Positions 28,399-38,717 of a DNA stretch of 64,000 nucleotides are shown one piece after another. Below the pieces are notes generated by a model that had not been told where the DNA came from, did not search any database, and worked only from the letters and a program-made list of their open reading frames with translations. Where the stretch lies: the NCBI GenBank assembly GCA_023229115.1, contig JALNZW010000003.1, positions 1,664 to 65,663 on the forward strand, written 5' to 3'. This DNA comes from Patescibacteria group bacterium (GTDB lineage: Bacteria > Patescibacteriota > Patescibacteriia > Patescibacteriales > UBA12465). A program made the translations under genes and the position numbers. Within the stretch, counting starts at the first letter, position 1. Each line of letters begins with the position of its first letter.

Positions 28399-29130
28399 TT
28401 ACAAAATATCATCCTGACCTTCTTCTAAATAAATTTCACTAAACAAAGAAACTTGATTAAAAACTAATTGCCTTTGTTTTGACAATTCTAAAACGGCTAA
28501 AAAATTAACAATTATTTCTGTTTTAGATTTAGCTTCTTTTAAAATTTTAGTAAAATTTATTTTAATTTTCTTATTTATTAAATTTTTGATAAACGAAATT
28601 CTTTCTTCAATACTTATTTCAGCCTTAATCGTTTCTTCTTCTAATTTTTCCTCTTCAACTTCAATCTTTTCTAATATTTTTAAAAATGAACAATGTAAAT
28701 CATTTTGCTTAACATTTTTCGGGGGAAAAAAATAATCACCCAAAAAAGAAAAACGACGATTATTTTTATTTATAACCCTAGAAAAAGAAAACTTTTTTCT
28801 ACCAATAATTTTTTGAATTTTGCCACTCAAATCAACAAAATCTTTATACATTCTCAATTGTTTTTCTAGATCCTCAATCTCTTCCTCATCTTCGGGCGTA
28901 AATAAATATGGCAATAAAGCTTTCGATTTTAAATAAATTAATTTGCTAGCCATCAATAAAAAATCAGCCATTCTTTCTGGTAAAATATCCTTTGAATTTT
29001 GAATATATGTTAAATATTCGTCGGCTATTTTAGCTAAACTGACTGAAGTGATGTCCAATTCTTCTTTTTCTATAATTCGAAGAAGTAGGGATAAAGGGCC
29101 TTGAAATTGGTCTATTTTGATGTCTATCAT
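28399..29130 (-). CDS. scpA: SMC-Scp complex subunit ScpA
   Basis: FQGPLSLLL, KSKALLP, FLAVLEL. Confidence 0.92.
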   Translation of the reverse strand: MIDIKIDQFQGPLSLLLRIIEKEELDITSVSLAKIADEYLTYIQNSKDILPERMADFLLMASKLIYLKSKALLPYLFTPEDEEEIEDLEKQLRMYKDFVDLSGKIQKIIGRKKFSFSRVINKNNRRFSFLGDYFFPPKNVKQNDLHCSFLKILEKIEVEEEKLEEETIKAEISIEERISFIKNLINKKIKINFTKILKEAKSKTEIIVNFLAVLELSKQRQLVFNQVSLFSEIYLEEGQDDIL

Positions 29131-29231
29131 AGTATTTTTGATAAAAACAAGCCAAAAAAGGGGTATTTTATTAAAAACCCTTACTTATCCATTCTAACTA
29201 ATTTTAAGCGTTTTATCAATAGCAAAAAATA

Positions 29232-29963
29232 TTAAAAATTCAAATAATTTATTTTTCTTTTTATAAAATTTTGGAAATTTTTATCTGTTTTTAAATCTAA
29301 TAAAAATGAAAAATCATTTTTTTTAACAAACTCCTTTAAAGACAATAAGTCTTTGTTGATTTTCAAATGATTTATTTTATCAAGACTTCTATTGATAGTT
29401 TCCTTATTAGTACAAGAATCACAAACAACGCCTCCGCGATTTAAACTAATAAAATTCAAATTTTTATCGCAACCGCACTCAACACATCTAGAAGTTTGAT
29501 AAGAATAACCAAGCAAGTCTAAAAGTTTAAACTTTAAAATGTCACCTAAAAAATCAAGATCCTTTAAAGACTTACTCTTAACACTTTCAATGGAATCATT
29601 AATAGTTTTTAAAAAATTATTTAAAAAAATAAAAAGATCAAAATCTGCCTGGCCTTCTTTTACATGTTGATTAAAAAAAGAAAAAACCTTACCACTTAAA
29701 AGTAAAGAATTATAATCATTTTTTAAATTTAGAAAAGAATTTTGACTGATTACGCTACCAACACTAACCCCGTTTTTATTTTTAATCATCATTAAATCTA
29801 CAAAATTAAAAGGCTCAAGATGAGCCACTAATTTAGATGATTGCTTTCTAGCCCCTCTGGCTGTTAAAACTAATTTACCAAAGTCTAAAGTATAAAAATA
29901 GATTAAAGCATCATTTTCTTTATGGGGAAATCTATTTAAAACTATGGCTTTAGTTCTTATCAT
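29232..29963 (-). CDS. recO: DNA repair protein RecO
   Basis: KAIVL..E.D..YT..FGK..ARGARK; CVEC..CDSC Zn finger. Confidence 0.9.
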   Translation of the reverse strand: MIRTKAIVLNRFPHKENDALIYFYTLDFGKLVLTARGARKQSSKLVAHLEPFNFVDLMMIKNKNGVSVGSVISQNSFLNLKNDYNSLLLSGKVFSFFNQHVKEGQADFDLFIFLNNFLKTINDSIESVKSKSLKDLDFLGDILKFKLLDLLGYSYQTSRCVECGCDKNLNFISLNRGGVVCDSCTNKETINRSLDKINHLKINKDLLSLKEFVKKNDFSFLLDLKTDKNFQNFIKRKINYLNF

Positions 29964-30340
29964 CTTTTATCTAAATAAGATTGAAGGATTATCATAGCTG
30001 CCAAAGAATCGCGATTATCGTTCATTTTTTTATTCATTATAGAGTCAGCTTGTAAACTAGAAAGCCTTTCATCAATCAAAATCATCTTAACTTCTTTTCC
30101 AACTAATTCTTTTTCAATAAAATTAATAAATCTTAAAAAATTTTTATTGTCACTTTCTTGACCACTCATTTTCTTGGGATTGCCAATTACTAAAAAACCT
30201 ATTCCTTCCTTTTTCACAAGCTCAAGTAAAGCCGATGGACTAGAAACGGTTTTAAAAGGTGTAGATATTTTATTTTCACTGTTAGCCAGAGCCAGGCCTA
30301 TTCTTTTCTCGCCCCAGTCAACCCCCAAATATTTAATCAT
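29960..30340 (-). CDS. yqgF: YqgF/RuvX RNase H-fold nuclease
   Basis: LGVDWGEKRIGLA, DERLSS, DSLAAMIILQSYL. Confidence 0.92.
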   Translation of the reverse strand: MIKYLGVDWGEKRIGLALANSENKISTPFKTVSSPSALLELVKKEGIGFLVIGNPKKMSGQESDNKNFLRFINFIEKELVGKEVKMILIDERLSSLQADSIMNKKMNDNRDSLAAMIILQSYLDKR

Positions 30341-31173
30341 TATTCAGTTAAAATTATATTTCCATCTTCAACAACGGCAATTGAGTGTTCGTAGTGAGAA
30401 CTAAGAGAATTATCAGAGGTTACAAAGGTATAAGTATTTTTAGCTACTTTAACATGAAATTTGCCAGCATTAATCATTGGTTCAATGGCAATAACCATTC
30501 CTGGCTTTAAAACTAAATTATCACGACTCTTATCACCTATTTCATAATTGAAAACATGAGGGTCCTCATGAGCTTGATAGCCAACTCCATGTCCAACTAA
30601 ATCTCTGACAACACTAAAGCCATTTTTAACAACAAAATCTTCGATTGTTTTACCAATATCATTTAAAGTCATACCTGGCTTGGCCTTGCCTATTCCTAAA
30701 AATAAAGCCTCTTTAGATATTTTAATTATTTTGGTAGCATCTTTAGATACTTTACCAACCGGAACAGTTCGACACATGTCAGTATAAAAACCACCACCCT
30801 TAGAGCGATGATTATAGGGTCGATTATTTTTTCGAGCCTCTTCTTTGCTTTGAATAGGCCATTCCATTCCAATATCCAAGCCAACAATATCTCCCGACTT
30901 TAAAACTTTATTTGGCAAAGCTGTTCCATGAACAACTTCATTATTTACAGAGACACAAAGTGTTGATGGAAAAAAAATTTTACCACCCATCGGATAATCT
31001 TTAAAAGCTGGTCGACCACCTTTTTTCTCTATCAAAGAAGTTGCTAAATTCTCTAAATCTTCTGAATTAACACCAGGTTTAACCATTTTACAAACCTCAC
31101 TCAAAACATTGGATAGTATTTTACCACCCTCTTTTAATATTTTAATCTCTTCTAATGTTTTAATTTCTATCAT
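30340..31173 (-). CDS. map: Methionine aminopeptidase type I
   Basis: CVSVNNEVVHG, DIG..D, GHGVG..HEDP, IEPM, HYEH. Confidence 0.95.
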   Translation of the reverse strand: MIEIKTLEEIKILKEGGKILSNVLSEVCKMVKPGVNSEDLENLATSLIEKKGGRPAFKDYPMGGKIFFPSTLCVSVNNEVVHGTALPNKVLKSGDIVGLDIGMEWPIQSKEEARKNNRPYNHRSKGGGFYTDMCRTVPVGKVSKDATKIIKISKEALFLGIGKAKPGMTLNDIGKTIEDFVVKNGFSVVRDLVGHGVGYQAHEDPHVFNYEIGDKSRDNLVLKPGMVIAIEPMINAGKFHVKVAKNTYTFVTSDNSLSSHYEHSIAVVEDGNIILTE

Positions 31174-31177
31174 TTTT

Positions 31178-31465
31178 TTATTTATAATTTTCTAAAATTT
31201 TCTTAAAATTTTTTGTATCCTGATCACTTGTCTTGGGATCTTTATCAAACTCCCTAAGAGCTCTACTTCTAGTAAAAAACGGTATTTTCCCATCATCCTT
31301 AATAGTCTTAGCCAATCTTTTAAAGATTTTTATAGCCAAATCCTTGTTATTCTTTAAACTAGAAAATTGACCATGATTAACCATGCTAGAAAATTTTCTA
31401 GCAAAACCACTGCTGCCACTCATTCTAAAAGAATGTCCAGTTGGTGGTAATTTTTTAGATGGCAT
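31178..31465 (-). CDS. Small basic hypothetical protein between secY and map
   Basis: 95-aa ORF, 4 bp from map start; no P-loop. Confidence 0.6.
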   Translation of the reverse strand: MPSKKLPPTGHSFRMSGSSGFARKFSSMVNHGQFSSLKNNKDLAIKIFKRLAKTIKDDGKIPFFTRSRALREFDKDPKTSDQDTKNFKKILENYK

Positions 31466-31563
31466 ATTATATGTTATTACGTATTATAATAAGCTTATTA
31501 TAATAAAAAAACAATAAAAAAACAAGGAATTTTATCCTTGTTTTCTTTATATTCTAAAAAATA

Positions 31564-32832
31564 TTAAATACTATCGTAATCTCTCATGGTTATCTGGGAC
31601 TCAATCTGTTTTACTGTTTCAATAACAACTGAAACAACGATCAACATACTTGTTCCTCCAATAGCTAATGTTTGCATTCCTGTAAAATATTTCATCACTA
31701 AAGGCAAAACAGCGATAACACCCAAGAAAAGCGAACCAGTAAGCAAAATGCGTCTGCTAATGCCTTGTAAATAATCACTAGTATGTCTTCCTGGCCTTAT
31801 TCCTGGTATAAAACCTCCTTGTTTTTGTAAATTTTCAGCTATTTGATCTGGCTTAAATACTATTTCTGTATAAAAATAAGTAAAGCCAACAACTAAAATA
31901 AAGTAAAATATACCATAAAAAAGTTGATTCTCAAAAACTTTTATTATCCAAGTTGAAACATTAGCTAAAATAGCATATTTAGAGGAAACAAAAAACTGGG
32001 CAATCATTGTTGGAAAAACAATAATGGAAATAGCAAAGATAATCGGAATAACACCAGCAGTATTAACTCTCAGTGGTAAATGAGTACTTGTTCCACCAAA
32101 AGCTCTATTTCCCCTTATTTGTCTAGCGTATTGAACTGGAATATTTCTTTGACCCTCATTAATAATAACGATACCAATAATAGTTATTAGGGTTATAAAA
32201 ATAAAACCTAAAAGCATGAATAATTGAGATTGGTCAAAAGTAAAAATTATTCTCTGAAGACCAGTTGGTAAACCGGCTATAATACCAGCAAAGATTAAAA
32301 GAGAAATACCATTTCCAATCTTTTTTTCTGAAATAAGCTCACCAATCCACATTAAGAATATTGTTCCAGCAGTTATGGTTATGATAATAGTTAATAAATC
32401 AAAATAACCACCACTTAAAATACCAGCTCCAGAACTGTTAAGTAACTTGATCATGCCATAAGCTTGAATCATGGCTAAAGGAACCGTTCCTAATCTTGTC
32501 CAAGTATTAATTTTTTGACGACCAGACTCCTCTTTTTGCATTTCTTCTAATTTAGGAAGAATCATTCCTAATAATTGAAAAATAATAGAAGAAGTGATAT
32601 AAGGAGCAATACCCATCATAACTATTGAAAAATTGTCCATACTACCGCCAGAAAAAACATTCAACATTCCTAAAAATTGATTTGAAGAAAAAATATCCCT
32701 CAAAACATCAACATTAACGCCTGGAACAGGGATATGAGCAAAAAGTCTAAAAAAAGCTAACATTAACAACACAAAAAGAATGTTATTTCTTAAATCTCTA
32801 ATTTTCCAAATTTTTGTTATTTTATCAAACAT
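31564..32832 (-). CDS. secY: Preprotein translocase SecY
   Basis: HIPVPG, GIAPYITSSII, GNGISL, PGIRPG. Confidence 0.97.
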   Translation of the reverse strand: MFDKITKIWKIRDLRNNILFVLLMLAFFRLFAHIPVPGVNVDVLRDIFSSNQFLGMLNVFSGGSMDNFSIVMMGIAPYITSSIIFQLLGMILPKLEEMQKEESGRQKINTWTRLGTVPLAMIQAYGMIKLLNSSGAGILSGGYFDLLTIIITITAGTIFLMWIGELISEKKIGNGISLLIFAGIIAGLPTGLQRIIFTFDQSQLFMLLGFIFITLITIIGIVIINEGQRNIPVQYARQIRGNRAFGGTSTHLPLRVNTAGVIPIIFAISIIVFPTMIAQFFVSSKYAILANVSTWIIKVFENQLFYGIFYFILVVGFTYFYTEIVFKPDQIAENLQKQGGFIPGIRPGRHTSDYLQGISRRILLTGSLFLGVIAVLPLVMKYFTGMQTLAIGGTSMLIVVSVVIETVKQIESQITMRDYDSI

Positions 32833-32840
32833 ATTTTAAA

Positions 32841-33266
32841 TTATTTTTCTAATGTTTTTTTAACACCATCACTCATTTTAAGATTCTCAAACTTTAAGCC
32901 CTTAACTGTCAAAGACTCTTTTCCTAAAATTTTCACAACCTGATTTTTCTTAGAAATAAGTTTTTTAGCCAATAAAGTTTCTGGACTAACCACCTCATTA
33001 TCTTTAAAATTCTCATTAATAGCCTTAATACTAACAACTTGGTTTTTGTCACTTAAAGATTTAAAACCTCTAACTTTTGGTGTTTTTAAAAGATTTTGCT
33101 TCATGCCCAATCTTTTTAATTTACCACGACTAACACCAGAACGAGATTTTTGTCCTTTTAAACCACGTCCGCTATAAGTACCAGAACCAGAAGAATTTCC
33201 TCTGCCAATTCTTTTTTTCTTCTTCAAGGTTCCTTTTCCCTTTTTTATACTATCTAGTGTAATCAT
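32841..33266 (-). CDS. rplO: 50S ribosomal protein L15
   Basis: RIGRG.SSG.G..SGRG.KGQKSRSG. Confidence 0.95.
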   Translation of the reverse strand: MITLDSIKKGKGTLKKKKRIGRGNSSGSGTYSGRGLKGQKSRSGVSRGKLKRLGMKQNLLKTPKVRGFKSLSDKNQVVSIKAINENFKDNEVVSPETLLAKKLISKKNQVVKILGKESLTVKGLKFENLKMSDGVKKTLEK

Positions 33267-33286
33267 ATCTTTTATAAAAATTATTT

Positions 33287-33955
33287 TTATTTTTTGGATT
33301 TAATTTCTTTTTTATCTGCTGTTTCTAAAGAATTCTTATCTTTATTCACTTTATTTTCAGAATCTTTTTTAGGAGAAAAAGTTTTTCTTTTTAATTTTGA
33401 TAAAGCTAAAATTGTACATTTAGCATTATTAACCTTATTATTTGTTCCTAAAATTTTACTAGTAACATTTTTAATACCAGCTAAATCCATTATAACCCTA
33501 ACAACGCCTCCAGCAATAACACCTCTACCCTTAGCGGCTGGTTTAAACATTAATTTAGCTGAACCAAATTTAGCATTTATTTGATGAGGGATAGTGTCGT
33601 TATAAATAGGAACTTCTAGTAAATTCTTTTTAGCCTTATTAACAGCTTTATTAACTGCTAGAGTAACATCAGCACCTTTGCCCAAAGCAACAGCAATTCT
33701 TCCCTTCTTATCACCAATGACAACGCAAGCTCTAAAGCTCATTCTTTTGCCACCCTTCATAACTCTAGTTACGCGAGCCAAATCTAGAATTCTTTGCTCA
33801 AACTCCTCCTTTGGTCTTTCTCCAAATCTTTTTCCACGTCCAGAAAAATCTTTTCTCTTTTTATTAAAACCAGAATTATTAAATGGTTTTCCGGCGATTC
33901 CGGTAGTTGGAGTGTTTTCCTGTTTTTTTTCTTCTTGTTTTTTTTCTTCGGACAT
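33287..33955 (-). CDS. rpsE: 30S ribosomal protein S5
   Basis: RVTRVMKGGKRMSF, GRGVIAGG. Confidence 0.96.
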   Translation of the reverse strand: MSEEKKQEEKKQENTPTTGIAGKPFNNSGFNKKRKDFSGRGKRFGERPKEEFEQRILDLARVTRVMKGGKRMSFRACVVIGDKKGRIAVALGKGADVTLAVNKAVNKAKKNLLEVPIYNDTIPHQINAKFGSAKLMFKPAAKGRGVIAGGVVRVIMDLAGIKNVTSKILGTNNKVNNAKCTILALSKLKRKTFSPKKDSENKVNKDKNSLETADKKEIKSKK

Positions 33956-33989
33956 AATATTTAAAAACTTATATATAAATAAATTATGA

Positions 33990-34349
33990 TTAAAACTTCA
34001 ATCCAGCTTCACGGGCGCCATCAGCTACAGCCTTAACTCTTCCATGATATTTATAACCACCACGATCAAAAACTGCCTCTGAAATATTAGCTTTAACAGC
34101 TTTTTCTCCTAAAAGCTTACCTAATTTAAAGCTTTGCTCAGTTTTTTTCATCTTATCGGCCCCTTTTAATTCTTTAAAATTAACACTAAATAATGTTTTT
34201 CCGTTAACATCATCAATCAATTGTAAGTAAATGCCGATATTAGATTTAAAGACACTTAATCTTGGCTTGCTAGCTGTGCCACTAATCTTCATTCTAATTT
34301 TTTTATGTCTTCTTTCTAATTTACTATTTTTTTCTTTCTGCTTGTTCAT
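33990..34349 (-). CDS. rplR: 50S ribosomal protein L18
   Basis: PRLSVFKSN, FDRGGYKYHGRV. Confidence 0.96.
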   Translation of the reverse strand: MNKQKEKNSKLERRHKKIRMKISGTASKPRLSVFKSNIGIYLQLIDDVNGKTLFSVNFKELKGADKMKKTEQSFKLGKLLGEKAVKANISEAVFDRGGYKYHGRVKAVADGAREAGLKF

Positions 34350-34381
34350 ATGTGAAAAATTTATTTATAAATATTATTAAA

Positions 34382-34921
34382 TTATTTAGCAGCAGCTTTA
34401 CCAGCTTTTCTTCTAATAACTTCATCACTATATTTAATACCCTTACCTTTGTATGGCTCTGGCACCCTTAATTTTCTAATTTGGGCAGCTATTTCACCAA
34501 CCAATTGCTTGTCAATGCCACTAATTGTCAAATTATTGCCTTCTGCCACAGCTGAAATTCCTTGAGGTAAAGGAAATTCTATTGGATGTGAAAAGCCTAA
34601 ATTAAAATTTATTTTATTACCAGCGACAGCCATTTTGTAACCAACACCTTTAATTTCTAATTTTTTTTCAAAGCCATCATTAACGCCCACAACCATATTA
34701 TTTATTAAAGCTCTGTATAAACCCCATAAAGATTTCTCCTTCTTATTTTCTGGGTTAGAAACTTTAACTATAATTTCTCCATCAACAACTTCAACCTTAG
34801 CCTCTTTTAAAAAGCTTGTTTTTAGTTCACCTTTTGGGCCCTTAACAGTTACTGTTCTGCCCTCAATTTTAACATCAGTTCCGTTTGGTATTTTGATTGC
34901 TAATTTTCCTAATCTTGACAT
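34382..34921 (-). CDS. rplF: 50S ribosomal protein L6
   Basis: MSRLGK, PEPYKGKGI. Confidence 0.97.
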   Translation of the reverse strand: MSRLGKLAIKIPNGTDVKIEGRTVTVKGPKGELKTSFLKEAKVEVVDGEIIVKVSNPENKKEKSLWGLYRALINNMVVGVNDGFEKKLEIKGVGYKMAVAGNKINFNLGFSHPIEFPLPQGISAVAEGNNLTISGIDKQLVGEIAAQIRKLRVPEPYKGKGIKYSDEVIRRKAGKAAAK

Positions 34922-34980
34922 AATAATGGTATTATAATTTTAAAATTAAAAATAATTTCAAAAGCATTTTTCTTAAAAAA

Positions 34981-35400
34981 TTAATAAATTTCACAAATAA
35001 ATTCTCCACCAATCTTGGTTTTTCTGGCTTCGATATTAGTCATCAAACCTTTAGAGGTAGAAACTATAGCCAAACCAAAACCATTTAAAATAGTTGGGAT
35101 ATTGTCTTTATTGATATAAACTCTTCTGCCTGGCTTACTTATTCTCTTTAAAGAGCTTATTCTTGGTCGGCCATCAGCTTCATATTTCAAAACCAATCTA
35201 ATTTGATCAAATTTTGAACTCTTGTTTTTTTGCAAATCTTGGCCACCTTTAATTATTTCAGCTTTGCTTATAAAACCCTCTCTCTCTAATATCTTGGCAA
35301 TGTTGAACTTTATTTTGCTCATTGGCAAAAGAACATCAGCCTTTCTTACAGTAGAGGCGTTTCTAATTCTGGTTAGCATGTCTGCGATTGGATCTATCAT
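34981..35400 (-). CDS. rpsH: 30S ribosomal protein S8
   Basis: DPIADMLTRIRNA, SKPGRRVY. Confidence 0.97.
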   Translation of the reverse strand: MIDPIADMLTRIRNASTVRKADVLLPMSKIKFNIAKILEREGFISKAEIIKGGQDLQKNKSSKFDQIRLVLKYEADGRPRISSLKRISKPGRRVYINKDNIPTILNGFGLAIVSTSKGLMTNIEARKTKIGGEFICEIY

Positions 35401-35444
35401 AATATTTTAATTAAATAAAAGTATATAATTTAATAAATAGCGAA

Positions 35445-35630
35445 TTACCAACTTGCTTTTTTAATTCCTGGTAAATCTCCATTGTCAGCTAATTCTCTAA
35501 AACAAATACGACACAAATCAAAATCTCTCATGTATCCCTTGTTCCTACCACAACGCCAGCATCTATTAATTTTTCTAGTTGAAAATTTTGCCTGTCTTTT
35601 AGCTTTTACAATTAACGCTTGTCTAGCCAT
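35445..35630 (-). CDS. rpsZ: 30S ribosomal protein S14 type Z (zinc-binding)
   Basis: [15 protein letters not shown], 61 aa. Confidence 0.95.
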   Translation of the reverse strand: MARQALIVKAKRQAKFSTRKINRCWRCGRNKGYMRDFDLCRICFRELADNGDLPGIKKASW

Positions 35631-35645
35631 ATAAATATTTTTTAA

Positions 35646-36200
35646 TTATTTTTTATTATTCTCCTCTTTTTTAAAAGGAAAACCAAACATTCTGAATAAC
35701 TCTAAACCTTCTTCTTTGTTTTTAGCACTTGAATCAACTATAACCTCTAATCCGTGAATATTATTAATATCATCAACTTTCACTTCTGGAAAAGCAGTAT
35801 TCTCTTTAAAGCCAATGGTTAAATTACCCTGTTTATCAACTGATTTTTCTGATATACCTCTAAAATCTCTAACACGAGGAAAACTAACATTAACTAATTT
35901 CTCTAAAAAATTATACATTCTTTCACCTCTAAGGGTAACCATGATACCAATAATCATACCCTCTCTAACTTTAAAAGATGAAATTGATTTTTTAGCTTTT
36001 GTAAAAACTGGCTTTTGCCCTGTAATCTTAATTAAAGTTTTTTCAATATTATCAATATAGTCCTTGTCCTTAACTCTTCGACCAAAACCAACATTAATAA
36101 CAACTTTTTTAATTTTAGGAACTAAAAACCCATTAGAATAATTAAATTTATCTTTCAAGGCAGGTATTATTTCTTTTTGATATTTTTCTTTTAAACTCAT
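35646..36200 (-). CDS. rplE: 50S ribosomal protein L5
   Basis: ITGQKP, PRVRDFRG. Confidence 0.97.
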   Translation of the reverse strand: MSLKEKYQKEIIPALKDKFNYSNGFLVPKIKKVVINVGFGRRVKDKDYIDNIEKTLIKITGQKPVFTKAKKSISSFKVREGMIIGIMVTLRGERMYNFLEKLVNVSFPRVRDFRGISEKSVDKQGNLTIGFKENTAFPEVKVDDINNIHGLEVIVDSSAKNKEEGLELFRMFGFPFKKEENNKK

Positions 36201-36223
36201 ACTATTATTTTAATATATTTTAA

Positions 36224-36550
36224 TTAATCTATGGTTTCACCACATTTTTTACAAACTCTAAATTTCTTAGCACTTGAGTCAGAACCCTTTTCTCCTATCT
36301 TATAAGAAACTCTGGTATTTTTGCCGCATTTAGGGCAAATTAAAGCAACATTTGAAATATTAATTAAACCTGGGAATTCAATTCTTTGTCCCTTCTCTCC
36401 TTGCTTTTGGGGTCTTAAATGTTTAATTAAAATATTTAAGCCCTCGACACTAACTCTTCCTTCTTTAGGGAAAATTTGTAAAACTTTGCCAGTTTTACCG
36501 CTATCCTTTCCGGCTAATATTTTAACTTTATCTCCTTTTTTTATCTTCAT
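36224..36550 (-). CDS. rplX: 50S ribosomal protein L24
   Basis: IKKGDKVKILAGKD KOW motif. Confidence 0.96.
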   Translation of the reverse strand: MKIKKGDKVKILAGKDSGKTGKVLQIFPKEGRVSVEGLNILIKHLRPQKQGEKGQRIEFPGLINISNVALICPKCGKNTRVSYKIGEKGSDSSAKKFRVCKKCGETID

Positions 36551-36580
36551 ATCAAAAAATTTAATTTAATAAATCAAAAA

Positions 36581-36952
36581 TTATAAAACCTCTGGGGCTA
36601 AAGAAGCTATCTTGGTAAAACCAGCTCTTCTAACTTCTCTGGCTACTGGACCAAAAATACGTGTTCCCTTCGGCTCCTTTTTTTCTTTATCAATAACAAC
36701 ACAAGCATTATCATCGAACCTCAAATAACTGCCATCTTTTCTTCTAATTTCTTTTTTTGTTCTAACAACAACAGCTCTAAGAACATCACTCTTTTTAATA
36801 GGCATATGAGGACTAGCTGATTTAACAGTAGCCACAATAATATCACCAACAGTGGCATATCTTTTTTTATAACCACCCAAAACTCTAATACACAAAACTT
36901 CTTTAGCTCCGGTATTATCAGCAACTTTTAATCGACTTTCTACTTGTATCAT
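36581..36952 (-). CDS. rplN: 50S ribosomal protein L14
   Basis: [20 protein letters not shown]. Confidence 0.97.
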   Translation of the reverse strand: MIQVESRLKVADNTGAKEVLCIRVLGGYKKRYATVGDIIVATVKSASPHMPIKKSDVLRAVVVRTKKEIRRKDGSYLRFDDNACVVIDKEKKEPKGTRIFGPVAREVRRAGFTKIASLAPEVL

Positions 36953-36984
36953 ATATTTATAATATTTAAAAACAATTAAAATTA

Positions 36985-37242
36985 TTAACTATAAATAACT
37001 CTCCATTTTTTATCTTTACTAATTGGACGACATTCTACAAAAGAAACTTTGTCCCCTATTTTAAACTTATTCTCTTCATCATGAACTTTATATTTCTTGC
37101 TAGAAATATATCTTTTCTGGTATTTTTTATTAATCTTAGTAATATCAACAGAAACAAGAACAGTTTTGTCAGACTTATCACTAACAACCACTCCTGAGAA
37201 TTTTTTTCTAATAACTTTTTTAACTTCTTTTTTATTTTCCAT
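36985..37242 (-). CDS. rpsQ: 30S ribosomal protein S17
   Basis: [18 protein letters not shown]. Confidence 0.96.
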   Translation of the reverse strand: MENKKEVKKVIRKKFSGVVVSDKSDKTVLVSVDITKINKKYQKRYISSKKYKVHDEENKFKIGDKVSFVECRPISKDKKWRVIYS

Positions 37243-37250
37243 ATTATTTT

Positions 37251-37478
37251 TTATTTATTCTCTTCATTTTTATTATTTTCTATATCGGTAGAATTTTTGT
37301 CAGAATTCAATAATGTCAAAACTTGAGCAACATTTTTTCTAATGTTTCTGATTTCTCTAATGTTTTTTAATTGACGATTAGAGTCCTTAAATCTAAGTTC
37401 TCTCAACTCCTCTCTCCATTTAGCAAGCAAAGAATGAAGTTCAGAGTCTTTTTTCGTTTTTAATTCTTTTAAGTCCAT
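37251..37478 (-). CDS. rpmC: 50S ribosomal protein L29
   Basis: ELRELRF..IRKNVAQVLT; position. Confidence 0.92.
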   Translation of the reverse strand: MDLKELKTKKDSELHSLLAKWREELRELRFKDSNRQLKNIREIRNIRKNVAQVLTLLNSDKNSTDIENNKNEENK

Positions 37479-37501
37479 ATTTTAATTATTTATTTTTATA
37501 A

Positions 37502-37909
37502 TTAATCTTTTTTAACAATCTTACATTTTACTGGTAATTTATAAGCAGCTAAATTTAAAGCCTGTAAGGATTGTTCCTCTGTTAGACCGTCAATTTCATA
37601 CATGATCATACCTGGTTTAACTGGACAAATATAGTGATCAACTGCTCCCTTTCCCTTACCCATAGGTATTTCTCCACCTTTTTGAGTAACTGATCTGTCT
37701 GGAAAAATTCTAATCCAAATTTTACCATTCTTTTTGGTATATTTAGCAATAACTCTTCTGGCAGCCTCAATTTGACGTGAGCTAATCCAACAAGCCTCCA
37801 TGCTTTTTAAACCATAAGATCCAAAATCAACATTAAGTAAACTACTGGCTTTACCACCTCTTTTGGCCTTGTGCATCTTTCTATGTTTAGTTTTTTTTGG
37901 CATTAACAT
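37502..37909 (-). CDS. rplP: 50S ribosomal protein L16
   Basis: MLMPKKTKHRK, MGKGKG, AYKLP. Confidence 0.97.
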   Translation of the reverse strand: MLMPKKTKHRKMHKAKRGGKASSLLNVDFGSYGLKSMEACWISSRQIEAARRVIAKYTKKNGKIWIRIFPDRSVTQKGGEIPMGKGKGAVDHYICPVKPGMIMYEIDGLTEEQSLQALNLAAYKLPVKCKIVKKD

Positions 37910-38026
37910 ATTTTTTGTTTAAGATTCTTGAGATCACCGAGATCCTTAGATTGTTTTTTAATTTTATATTTCCAAAACTATTTAAGAATCCTGAATATTT
38001 CAAGAATCTTAATTAATAATCATAAA

Positions 38027-38686
38027 TTATTTTTTCTTAAAAATTTCACCCTTGTATATCCAAACCTTGATACCAATAGCTCCATATGTAGTGCGAGCAG
38101 CTCCTCTAGCATAATCGATATTAGCCCTCAAAGTACTAAGCGGTAATTTTCCGAAAATTAATTTTTCAGATCTGGCAATTTCAGCACCATTAAGACGACC
38201 GGCGACAACCACCTTAACACCCAAAGCACCAGCCCTCTCTATTCTAGAAATAGCTTGTTTCATAACTTTTCTGAAAGGAACTCTTTTCTCTATTTCCAAA
38301 GATATTGCTTGAACATTGATTTGAGCACTTAAATTAGGATTATCAACTTCTTTGATATTTATACTTAAATCATCTAATCTAATTTTCATTGGATTGCTTA
38401 AAAATTTTCGGTGTAATTTCCTTTTTAATTCCTCAACTCCGTTACCACCTCTACCAATAATAATACCAGGTTTACCTGTATAAACATCCATTGTAATTCT
38501 ACCAGAATCTCTACTGATCTCTACTTTATCAATACCAGCCTCTCTAAATTCTTTTAAAATGTATTTTCTAATCAAAACATCTTGCTTAACATTTGTAATA
38601 TAATTGTTACCAGCGCTAAACCAAGTTGAAGGCCAAGTCTTGGTAATTCCCATTCTTAGTATTTTTGGATTTACTTTTTTACCCAT
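38027..38686 (-). CDS. rpsC: 30S ribosomal protein S3
   Basis: MGKKVNP, GRLNGAEIAR, GIKVWIYKG. Confidence 0.97.
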   Translation of the reverse strand: MGKKVNPKILRMGITKTWPSTWFSAGNNYITNVKQDVLIRKYILKEFREAGIDKVEISRDSGRITMDVYTGKPGIIIGRGGNGVEELKRKLHRKFLSNPMKIRLDDLSINIKEVDNPNLSAQINVQAISLEIEKRVPFRKVMKQAISRIERAGALGVKVVVAGRLNGAEIARSEKLIFGKLPLSTLRANIDYARGAARTTYGAIGIKVWIYKGEIFKKK

Positions 38687-38717
38687 ATTTTTTATTAAAT
38701 AAAATTTTTAATCAATA

